A stretch of DNA of 64,000 nt from Actinomycetota bacterium (lineage in GTDB: Bacteria > Actinomycetota > Actinomycetes > Streptosporangiales > Streptosporangiaceae), in assembly GCA_003168215.1 (NCBI GenBank), contig PMSW01000095.1, positions 7,025-71,024 of the forward strand, read 5' to 3'. Of this stretch, positions 1 to 7,536 are shown piece after piece. The notes beneath the pieces were generated by a model. It saw only the letters and a program-made list of their open reading frames with translations. It was not told the origin of the DNA and made no database searches. The translations under genes were made by a program, and so were the position numbers. The stretch's first letter is position 1. Every line of letters begins with the position of its first letter.

Positions 1-638
1 ATGAGTACCCTACCGCCGATATCCCCGACCGGGCAGTTGCCGACCACGCCACCGGGGACAGCGACCTGCAGGACACACTCCGCCGCGCGATTGACCGGCT
101 GCCGCAGCGGATGCGGGCGGCGGTGATGCTCCGCTACTACGAGGACATGACCGAGGCGGAGGTTGCCGATGCGCTCGGGGTAAGCCTCGGGACGGTCAAG
201 AGCACGGTGTCGCGGGCAGTGGCGAAGCTCCGGATTGATGCTGAGCTGCTGGCAGAGTTATTCAGCGGTAGTCAGCGGAGTGACGTTTCGCTGCTGACGT
301 GGCACTATCCACCCAGGAACAATTCCGGCATCCACCCAGGAACAATCCCGGCGCTCCGCCGCATCCGGCTGAGGGTCACCGGGCAGGCACAGCAGGAGGT
401 TGTCAGTGCTCAGCACGATGATGGACGTGCAGCTGACCGTGACCGCGCTGATGCGGTACGGCACCTCGGCCTACGGGGACCGCGAGGTCGTGACCTGCAC
501 GGCGGACGGGTCACGGCGCCAGACCTATGCGCAGACGGGCCTGCGGTCGGCCCGGCTGGCGAACGCGCTGCGCGGCCTTGGCGTGGACGCCGACCAGCGC
601 GTCGGCACGCTCATGTGGAACAACGCCGAGCATCTTGA
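1..638 (+). CDS. ECF/SigE-type sigma-70 factor, C-terminal part (5' end outside window, 3' end doubtful)
   Basis: Frame open from base 3. LPQRMRAAVMLRYYEDMTEAEVADALGVSLGTVKSTVSRAVAKLRI is a sigma-70 region-4 HTH. No in-frame stop until 636-638, about 130 aa beyond the usual end and 230 nt into the next gene. Confidence 0.6.
   Translation, partial: EYPTADIPDRAVADHATGDSDLQDTLRRAIDRLPQRMRAAVMLRYYEDMTEAEVADALGVSLGTVKSTVSRAVAKLRIDAELLAELFSGSQRSDVSLLTWHYPPRNNSGIHPGTIPALRRIRLRVTGQAQQEVVSAQHDDGRAADRDRADAVRHLGLRGPRGRDLHGGRVTAPDLCADGPAVGPAGERAARPWRGRRPARRHAHVEQRRAS
307..352. repeat. Tandem 23-bp direct repeat ATCCACCCAGGAACAAT(T/C)CCGGC x2
   Basis: Read directly: 307-329 and 330-352 differ at one base. 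They lie in a lower-GC stretch just upstream of the acyl-CoA ligase start. Confidence 0.9.
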
Positions 639-2049
639 GGCCTACCTGGCGATCCCGTCCATGGGGGCGGTGATGCACACCCTGAACCTCCGGCTGGACC
701 CCGAGGTGATCGGTTACATAGCGACCCACGCGGGCGACGACGTTATCATCGCCGACGCGACCCTGGTCCCGCTCCTCGCCCGGGTGCTCCCGCATGCTCC
801 GGCCGTCCGGCACGTGCTGGTGACCGGCCAAGAAGCCAGAACGGATGGTTCGGTGCTGGCCGCTCTCGCCGGCCTGGGCCCGGAGGTGCACTCGTATGAG
901 GACCTGCTCGCGGCCCAGCCGGATTCGTTCGGCTGGCCCGAGATAGACGAGCGGCTGGCCGCGGCCATGTGCTACACGAGCGGCACGACCGGGCGGCCGA
1001 AGGGCGTCGTCTACAGCCACCGCTCGACGTACCTGCATTCGCTTGGCGTCTGCCTGGGCAATGTGTTCGCGTTGTCTGAGCAGGACAAGGTGCTGCCGGT
1101 GGTGCCGATGTTCCACGCCAATGCCTGGGGGCTCGCGTACGCGGCGGTGCTGGCCGGCGCCGACCTGATCATGCCGGACCGGTTCCTGCAGCCCGAGCCG
1201 CTGGTCCGGCTGATCGAGGCCGAGCGGCCCACGCTGGCCGGGGCCGTCCCGACGATCTGGAACGCGCTGCTTGCGCATGTCCGCACCAGCGGCGGCGACC
1301 TGTCCTCGCTGCGCATCGTGCCGTGCGGCGGCTCGGCGGTGCCGCACGCCCTGCAGGAAGCGTACGAGAAGGAACTCGGCGTCCGGATGGTGCAGGCCTG
1401 GGGAATGACGGAGACATCGCCGCTCGGCAGCGTGGCGCATCCGCCTGCCGGGACCCCCGCAGCCGAGGCCTGGGCTTACCGCGACACTCAGGGCAGGCTT
1501 TTGAGCCTGGTGGAAGGCCGGCTTGTCGGCGACGGCGGCACGATGCTGCCGCATGACGGCGAGACTGTCGGCGAGGTTGAGGTCCGCGGGCCGTGGGTCA
1601 CCGGGTCCTATTACAAGGACGACGACCCGGAGAAGTTCCGCGACGGCTGGCTGCGGACCGGCGACGTGGGGACCATCGACCGGCTGGGCTACGTCACGCT
1701 GACCGACCGGGCCAAGGACGTGATCAAGTCGGGCGGCGAGTGGATCTCCTCGATGGAGCTGGAGAACGCGCTGATGGCGCATCCCGATGTCACCGAGGCG
1801 GCCGTCATCGGCGTGCCGGACGAGAAGTGGGGCGAGCGGCCGCTGGCCGCCGTGGTCGTCAAGGATGGCGCCTCGGTCACTGCGGCTGACCTGCGTGCCT
1901 TCCTCAGCTCGCAGGTGCCGCGCTGGCAGCTCCCGGAGCGATGGTCGTTCATCGGCGAGGTGCCCAAGACCAGCGTCGGCAAGTTCGCCAAGACGCGGAT
2001 CCGCGAGTGCTATGCCCGCGGTGACTACGAGATCATCGAGGCTCGCTGA
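406..2049 (+). CDS. AMP-dependent acyl-CoA synthetase (FadD-like fatty-acid CoA ligase)
   Basis: ORF 400-2049. AMP-binding motifs YTSGTTGRPKGV, GWLRTGD and the C-terminal PKTSVGK. AGGAGG at 394-399 favours GTG 406; alternatives are TTG 400 and ATG 418. Confidence 0.9.
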   Translation: MLSTMMDVQLTVTALMRYGTSAYGDREVVTCTADGSRRQTYAQTGLRSARLANALRGLGVDADQRVGTLMWNNAEHLEAYLAIPSMGAVMHTLNLRLDPEVIGYIATHAGDDVIIADATLVPLLARVLPHAPAVRHVLVTGQEARTDGSVLAALAGLGPEVHSYEDLLAAQPDSFGWPEIDERLAAAMCYTSGTTGRPKGVVYSHRSTYLHSLGVCLGNVFALSEQDKVLPVVPMFHANAWGLAYAAVLAGADLIMPDRFLQPEPLVRLIEAERPTLAGAVPTIWNALLAHVRTSGGDLSSLRIVPCGGSAVPHALQEAYEKELGVRMVQAWGMTETSPLGSVAHPPAGTPAAEAWAYRDTQGRLLSLVEGRLVGDGGTMLPHDGETVGEVEVRGPWVTGSYYKDDDPEKFRDGWLRTGDVGTIDRLGYVTLTDRAKDVIKSGGEWISSMELENALMAHPDVTEAAVIGVPDEKWGERPLAAVVVKDGASVTAADLRAFLSSQVPRWQLPERWSFIGEVPKTSVGKFAKTRIRECYARGDYEIIEAR

Positions 2050-2130
2050 GGCGTGCCGCCGGACGCGGCGTAGTGCTTTGCCTGGTCTCCGGCGATACCG
2101 GTACCCTGAGGGCCGACCGTCAGGTCACCA

Positions 2131-2219
2131 GGAGGCTTCGCCTAGTCCGGTCTATGGCGCCGCACTGCTAATGCGGTTTGGCTTCGCGGCCATCCGGGGT
2201 TCAAATCCCCGAGCCTCCG
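2131..2219 (+). tRNA. tRNA-Ser (anticodon GCT)
   Basis: Acceptor GGAGGCT/AGCCTCC, anticodon stem CCGCA/TGCGG with loop CTGCTAA, long variable arm, T arm CGGGG-TTCAAAT-CCCCG. No encoded CCA. Confidence 0.9.
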
Positions 2220-2261
2220 CCCCGTGAAATGGGAGTCCGTGCCTACGGGCATGTGCCCCCG

Positions 2262-2330
2262 CCGTGCCCTGGGACCCGTCGTGCCCTGGGGCTGCCGTGC
2301 CCTGGGGCTGCAGTGGACCTGGGGACTGCT
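2262..2330. repeat. About four tandem copies of a 16-17 bp unit (CCGTGCCCTGGGGCTG-like)
   Basis: GTGCCCTGGG at 2264, 2281 and 2297, and GTGGACCTGGGG at 2313. Lies between the tRNA-Ser and the stop of the convergent PH-domain gene. Confidence 0.7.
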
Positions 2331-3043
2331 CAGTCCTCGCTCGGGTCGTTGTTCGGGTCAGCGCTCTCGATGTGGGGGTCCTCGAAGCCATCGGTCCGCT
2401 GCGGGGGGGCCTTTCCCGTACCGTTGCAGTTCGGGCAGGTGACAGCCACCAGCTTGCGCTCCTCGACCATCACGACATTGCCGCTGCCGTTGCACATCTT
2501 GCAGTCGGGGGGCGGTGCCGGCGGCCAGAGCATCTCGCATACGTCGAGGTAGAGCTTCTCCGGATTGGGGATATGGTCAACCGTCCGCAGCGCCTGATCC
2601 TGGCCGGCCGACTCGATGATGAACTCGCCGAAGCCCAGCAGCTGTCCGGCGAACGACCGCTGGAAGCTCATGTCGGTGACCTTCCCCAGGGGCATCATCG
2701 CCACCTTGCGGCTGAGCAGCCCGCTGGTCAGCATTATCCGCTGTGAGGTCACCACGAAGTAGTCGACTGCCCAGTTGACGGCCTTCCATACCAGGCGCAG
2801 CGCGAGCGCTATCCAGGCGACCCACACAACATCGCGAAGAGGCGCATTGGTGCGCAGCAGCGTCCCGCTCAGCAGGAAGGCGGCAACCAGGCCGCCCACC
2901 GCCTCGGCGATCGGCGGGATCAGCACGGCGGGATGCCTGCGCACGGTGATGACGCCCTGGTCGCGTTCTCGCGGCAGCAGGTACCGCTGAACCGACACCG
3001 GGCTGGTGTCCCAGTTCTGTGCCCGCCCCCGTGTCTGCGTCAT
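2330..3043 (-). CDS. Membrane bPH (YdbS/YdbT-like) domain protein with C-terminal double CxxCxGxG zinc-finger tail
   Basis: ORF 2330-3064. Two TM helices followed by a PH-like segment (DYFVVTSQRIMLTSGLLSRKVAMMPLGKVTDMSFQRS). The tail is CKMCNGSGNVVMVEERKLVAVTCPNCNGTGK. ATG 3043 avoids overlap with the upstream gene. Confidence 0.7.
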   Translation of the reverse strand: MTQTRGRAQNWDTSPVSVQRYLLPRERDQGVITVRRHPAVLIPPIAEAVGGLVAAFLLSGTLLRTNAPLRDVVWVAWIALALRLVWKAVNWAVDYFVVTSQRIMLTSGLLSRKVAMMPLGKVTDMSFQRSFAGQLLGFGEFIIESAGQDQALRTVDHIPNPEKLYLDVCEMLWPPAPPPDCKMCNGSGNVVMVEERKLVAVTCPNCNGTGKAPPQRTDGFEDPHIESADPNNDPSED

Positions 3044-3047
3044 CGCC

Positions 3048-3239
3048 TTAGAGGGAGTTAACAAACGTCGACAGCGAGTTCCCTGCGGAGTGCAGCCCGC
3101 TGAAAGCGGAGTGCAGGGCGTGCGCAGCGCCGACCGGCTGGGTGGCTAGGTAGAAAACGATGAAGATGGCGATCGCCCATGTGAGAATTTTCTTCAACAC
3201 GTCACGTTCACCTCCCGGCTGGCGTAGAGAGACTGACAT
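3048..3239 (-). CDS. Small membrane protein (hypothetical)
   Basis: 63-aa ORF with one clear TM (ILTWAIAIFIVFYLA). GGGAGG precedes an internal GTG at 3200, which may be the true start. Confidence 0.5.
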   Translation of the reverse strand: MSVSLRQPGGERDVLKKILTWAIAIFIVFYLATQPVGAAHALHSAFSGLHSAGNSLSTFVNSL

Positions 3240-3548
3240 GGCCGTTGGGCATAGCTTAACTCAGCACAATTTCCAGGCCAATGTCCATCAGCCGGAAACA
3301 GCCATGTTACCGGACCTCGGGGCGGGTGCGATGTTACCGCGCCGCTACGGGTGGGAAGAACGGGGTAGATACGTCCTCCTGGTGGAGGATCTGATCCGAT
3401 TGATCACGATGAGTATCGTTATCATGCCCACCTGTAGCAGCTTGATGCGCTTCGGTCACGTCGGTACCGCACCCCGCCGATCGGCCCACAAGCGTCACGG
3501 GAATCTGACACCATTCCTTTCCTGGATGCCGCGCCCGTGGGGTGGACG

Positions 3549-4040
3549 ATGACCGAGGTGAGCAGTAGCGACTTTTCCGTCGTCGTTTACAGGGAAGACG
3601 ATGCATGGGACGCCGAGGTCCTGCCTGCCGCGTTTACCGAGCACCTGGACAGCTTCATCCATGCTCTGCGGCAACAGCCGAGCATCGGCGGAACGATGGG
3701 TCTCGCGGCAGTCGGCGACGACTTCTTCGTGGCTATCCGGGTGCTTGGCAGCCAGGTATCGGTCTTCCTCTCTGACCTCACCGCGGCGGTCGACTGGCCG
3801 CTCGCCCGCCAGGTGCTCGACTATCTGGACATCCCCCTCCCGGACGATGAGGATCTCGACCAGGTGCTCCCGGTCGGCGACCTGTCCATTTTCGCTGACC
3901 TTGGCGTGGACGAGATGGAGTTGGGCGCGCTCGCCGGGGATCTGGACCTCTTTCCTGATGAGGTACTGGCGAGCATCGCCCGCAGGCTCGGGTTCGGCCC
4001 GGCATTTGAGCGCGCGCTTGATGTCGCGATCGGTCCGTGA
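3549..4040 (+). CDS. tRNA adenosine deaminase-associated protein (conserved actinobacterial, acidic)
   Basis: ORF 3537-4040 directly upstream of tadA. Sequence type DFSVVVYREDDAWD...LDIPLPDDEDLD matches my memory of this family. Confidence 0.75.
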   Translation: MTEVSSSDFSVVVYREDDAWDAEVLPAAFTEHLDSFIHALRQQPSIGGTMGLAAVGDDFFVAIRVLGSQVSVFLSDLTAAVDWPLARQVLDYLDIPLPDDEDLDQVLPVGDLSIFADLGVDEMELGALAGDLDLFPDEVLASIARRLGFGPAFERALDVAIGP

Positions 4041-4085
4041 ACTGACCGGGCACAGGTCCCGGCCGTACCGGCCGGGACCCCGCCC

Positions 4086-4574
4086 GTGAGCATCGGCTAT
4101 CTCGCGTCGTTCGAGCCAGCCATGCTGCTGGCGATCGAGCAGGCCGCGGCCGCACGGGAGACCGACGTGCCGGTCGGCGCGGTAGTGCTGGACGCGGCAG
4201 GCACCGTCATCGCCAGTGCCAGGAACCGCCGCGAGGCCGACGCTGACCCCACGGCGCATGCCGAGATCGTCGCGATCCGCGGTGCGGCACGTGCGCTGGG
4301 CGACTGGCGGCTGGCTGGCTGCACGCTGGTCGTCACCCTTGAGCCGTGCACCATGTGCGCCGGAGCGGTCATTGCCGCGCGGGTCGGCCGCCTAGTGTAT
4401 GGCGCCGCTGACCCGCGGGCCGGCGCGGCTGGCTCGCTGTGGGACGTGCTGCATGACCGCAGGCTCGGACTTGATGTCGAGGTGATAGCCGGCGTGCTCG
4501 CCAGCGAGTGCAGCGGGCTGCTCCGCGACTTTTTCGCGCAGCTCAGGAACTCTGGCGAGGGCCGGGACGTCTGA
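4086..4574 (+). CDS. tadA: tRNA-specific adenosine deaminase
   Basis: CMP/dCMP deaminase zinc motifs HAEIVAIR and PCTMCAGA. 162 aa. Confidence 0.9.
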   Translation: MSIGYLASFEPAMLLAIEQAAAARETDVPVGAVVLDAAGTVIASARNRREADADPTAHAEIVAIRGAARALGDWRLAGCTLVVTLEPCTMCAGAVIAARVGRLVYGAADPRAGAAGSLWDVLHDRRLGLDVEVIAGVLASECSGLLRDFFAQLRNSGEGRDV

Positions 4575-4643
4575 CGTTATGCCAGGCACCAGGGTGCGGG
4601 CACTGCCCGGCACAGTCCGGCCGGGTCGGGTAGGCTCAGCGGC

Positions 4644-4730
4644 GGTGGAGTCGCCTAGTGGCCGAGGGCGCACGCCTCGAAAGCGTGTGAGGGGGCAACC
4701 CCTCCGTGGGTTCAAATCCCACCTCCACCG
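4644..4730 (+). tRNA. tRNA-Ser (anticodon CGA)
   Basis: Acceptor GGTGGAG/CTCCACC, anticodon loop CTCGAAA, long variable arm, T arm GTGGG-TTCAAAT-CCCAC. Confidence 0.9.
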
Positions 4731-4779
4731 CCGGCGCAGCCAGCGCGAAGCTGACAGCTTCGCGTGAACTGCGGTCCGC

Positions 4780-6048
4780 GTGCTGGCACCGCATCCTGAA
4801 CAGAATCCAGCGGGTTTCCGGGGAGTTCCAGTGCCAGGGCCGCAAAGCACGGTGTTCTTCTTGCTGATGGCGGCTGCGTTCGGCGGCCTTATGTGGTGGC
4901 TGGTCGTCACCAGGCAGGTAGTCTTCCGCGTCCTCGCGGCGTGCCTGGCGTTCATCCCGGCCATGTTGTTCGGGGTCGCCGCGGTCAACAAGTACTACGA
5001 CTACTACCAGAACTGGAGCGCGGCCTTCGCTGACCTGACCAACCAGGGCGGCCAGGCGCCACAGCTGACCGGGGCTGCGAGCCGCTCTGGCGCGGGCTTC
5101 AGCGCATTCCTCGGCAATAACATCGATGACAGCATCGCCGCGAAACAGGGATTTACGGTGCGCCTGACCGTACCGGGCCCGGCCAGTCATATCACTCGCA
5201 CGGTATTCGTCTACCTCCCGCCGCAGTACTTCTGGCCCCGTTATCGCCATCGCCACTTCCCCGCGATCGAGCTGATCCACGGGTTCCCCGGCGTTCCGCA
5301 GGACTGGATTAGCGTCCTTGGCATCACGACGATCCTGCTGAACCTGATCCAAGCGGGCCGGGCAAAGCCAGTAGTGCTCGTTATGCCGGATGCCAACGGC
5401 GGGCGCGGGATCTCCTTGCAGTGCCTCAACCAGGTACGCGGCCCTCAGGACGCGACCTACCTGGCCAGGGACCTGCCCGCCGTCCTCTCGCGGATCATGC
5501 GGGTACAGCCTCCCGGGCCTGCCTGGGGCATCGCCGGCTACTCGGAAGGCGGGTTCTGCGCAGCGAACCTCGGCCTGCGTTACGGGCGGTATTTCGGCTT
5601 CGCCGGCGTGCTGAGCGGCTACTTCAGGCCACTTGACAACCAGCTGGGGCACCCGCCCCGCGCGGTCAGCCCATTCGGCGGCAATGCGCGGCTGCGCCGC
5701 CAGAACACGCCCGACGACCTGGTCAGGTCACTGCCCGCCGGCGCGCTGGTTTCGCAGTTCTGGCTGGGCGCGGGCGCCGGGGTTGCGCAGGACGTCAGGA
5801 ACGCCCGCGTCTTCGAACAGCTGCTGCAGATCCGGCAGCCCCGGGTGACGCTGCGGCTGGTGCCCGGCGGCGGGCACAGCATGTTTACCTGGCGGTCGCT
5901 TGCCCCGCCGCTGCTGGAGTGGATGACTCCCCGGCTTACCGCCGACGCGGATCTGGCGGGCAGGCGGGCGGTTCGCGCCCGGAATGCCCGCGCGAGGGCT
6001 GCCCTTGCGTGGACTCGCGCGCGCGGCCCGGCAGTCGCCCGCGCATGA
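4780..6048 (+). CDS. Membrane-anchored esterase-family alpha/beta hydrolase
   Basis: N-terminal TM helices, then esterase-like core (IELIHGFPG, GYSEGG nucleophile elbow, GGGHSMFTW). Start uncertain. Confidence 0.7.
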   Translation: MLAPHPEQNPAGFRGVPVPGPQSTVFFLLMAAAFGGLMWWLVVTRQVVFRVLAACLAFIPAMLFGVAAVNKYYDYYQNWSAAFADLTNQGGQAPQLTGAASRSGAGFSAFLGNNIDDSIAAKQGFTVRLTVPGPASHITRTVFVYLPPQYFWPRYRHRHFPAIELIHGFPGVPQDWISVLGITTILLNLIQAGRAKPVVLVMPDANGGRGISLQCLNQVRGPQDATYLARDLPAVLSRIMRVQPPGPAWGIAGYSEGGFCAANLGLRYGRYFGFAGVLSGYFRPLDNQLGHPPRAVSPFGGNARLRRQNTPDDLVRSLPAGALVSQFWLGAGAGVAQDVRNARVFEQLLQIRQPRVTLRLVPGGGHSMFTWRSLAPPLLEWMTPRLTADADLAGRRAVRARNARARAALAWTRARGPAVARA

Positions 6049-6118
6049 TCGCCAGGGAGCGTTTCCGCCGGAAGCACACCGCGGACGCCGGTCAGACTGG
6101 CGCTTTGACCGCGGGACG

Positions 6119-6412
6119 CTAGTCCAGCTCGAGTACCCGTGCGTGCAGTACCGACCGCTGGTGCAGCGCGGCGCGCAGCGCCCGGTGCACGCCATCCTCC
6201 AGGTAGAGCTCCCCCCGCCATCGGACGACATGGGGGAACAGGTCTCCGTAGAACGTCGAGTCCTCCGCCAGGATCTGGTGCAGATCGAGCACGTTCTTCG
6301 TGGTGATGAGCTGATCGAGCCGGACGGGCCGGGGGGGTATCGCGGCCCATTCGCGAGAACTCCGCGCATGATCGGGATAGGGCCGTCCCTCTCCGACCTG
6401 CTTGAAGATCAC
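6119..6412 (-). CDS. Conserved hypothetical, possibly ParB/sulfiredoxin-like fold
   Basis: 97-aa ORF with coding-like codon usage. LYLEDGVHRALRAAL resembles the DGHHR motif region. The fold assignment is a guess. Confidence 0.5.
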   Translation of the reverse strand: MIFKQVGEGRPYPDHARSSREWAAIPPRPVRLDQLITTKNVLDLHQILAEDSTFYGDLFPHVVRWRGELYLEDGVHRALRAALHQRSVLHARVLELD

Positions 6413-7246
6413 AGGGTGGAGTCTAGATCAGCGGAGCCAGGATCGCTGACGAGAATCCCGGAGCGAGTGCTGCGGCAGCCCGCCGGGCCGGCGGCCCGGC
6501 CCCGGTCGCCGGCCCCGGATTCACGAGATATGGCCAGCTCACAGCCGGACGCCGGAAACTGGCCACCGGGACTACGCAAACTACGCAAACTGACAACTGG
6601 CGCTGCAATTTCCCAAGCTGACAACCGGGATGCCGCAACTGCCCGTGGCTTCGCCATTGGCTGGCCCTTCCTGGCCAGGCATCTCGCCACGGGGCCATCT
6701 CAGCAGGTGGCCAATCCCCACGTCATCATCTCCCGTGAGCAGCTCCCGGCCCGGCCAGTGCGCGCTAGATCCCGCTGCACTGACAGCGGTGACGATCTGT
6801 CCGGCAGAAACCGGATAAATCGTCACCGCTGACTAACATGGCGTTGAACGTGATGCAGGTGGGGCCAGTGAGATCGGCAGCAGTCAGGAACGGGCCTTAT
6901 CGGCTCAGCTTGCCGGGCCGCTAAGCGTCGGCCTGGATTGGCCGCAGGGGCCCACCATTGTTGCTGCGTCGCCCCGGAGCCATTGACCACTGCGCCCGCC
7001 ATCTCGGGACGTTCGAACACCGACTGGATGGCCCCCGGCCTGGTCCCTGCGGAGTAAGCCATGCCGACCCAGCCTGCCATTCGCCGGCCGCGGCCGTGAT
7101 CGTAAACGATCGTTCCACCGCTGGGAGACCCACGGCCGGCCGGTCGATTTCTGGCGTGAAGGAGACGAGTGGCCCGGTTGAGGCAGGCCGGCCACGATGT
7201 CGGCCACGCTGAACTTCAGCATGGACCAACGTCGTGCCCGATCGGG

Positions 7247-7302
7247 TGGCGGAGGATGCGAGATTCGAACTCGCGAGGGCTTGCACCCAACACGCTTTCC
7301 AA
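7247..7302 (-). repeat. tRNA-Ser(GGA-type) 3'-half fragment (anticodon loop to CCA), attR-like
   Basis: Identical over 56 nt to 19385-19440. Has a T arm and variable arm but no 5' half, D arm or acceptor partner. Confidence 0.85.
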
Positions 7303-7504
7303 GTCTGGGGCCTGTGTCCGGCTCAGGTTGCCGACGTCTGCCACCAGCAATAGCGTGCGCCGAGGATGGCCGCTGGACGGGGCCGAACGAGGGCGAATGA
7401 GACCAGCGCTCTCACGGAGTTTCCTCAGTCGGCCAGCCTGCCACTTGCCTGCTTTCAGCCCGTCGCTTCGCCGCAGCTGCACTGCGTTGCCGAATGTGCC
7501 CTTA

Positions 7505-7536
7505 TTGATGCTCAAGCGACTTGATGCTCAAGCGAC
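7505..7536. repeat. Perfect 16-bp tandem duplication TTGATGCTCAAGCGAC x2
   Basis: Read directly. The second copy contains the stop codon (7528-7530) and last codons of the PP2C gene. Confidence 0.9.

Noticed and set aside
511-1782. 423-aa ORF antisense to the acyl-CoA ligase gene
   Set aside because: It is Arg/Pro/Gly-rich with no motifs and entirely shadows a well-supported gene. This is the typical stop-codon-poor antisense frame of high-GC DNA.
5984-6832. 282-aa plus-strand ORF spanning the esterase end, the antisense of the 6119-6412 gene, and the gene-poor stretch
   Set aside because: Its composition is Arg/Pro-rich and it crosses a convergent gene junction. The minus-strand 97-aa ORF has much better codon usage.
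6413-7246. Calling this stretch an integrase pseudogene
   Set aside because: I found no R...HxxR...Y catalytic-motif remnants by eye, only vague GHSS-like strings. It is left as an unassigned decayed region pending a frameshift-tolerant search.
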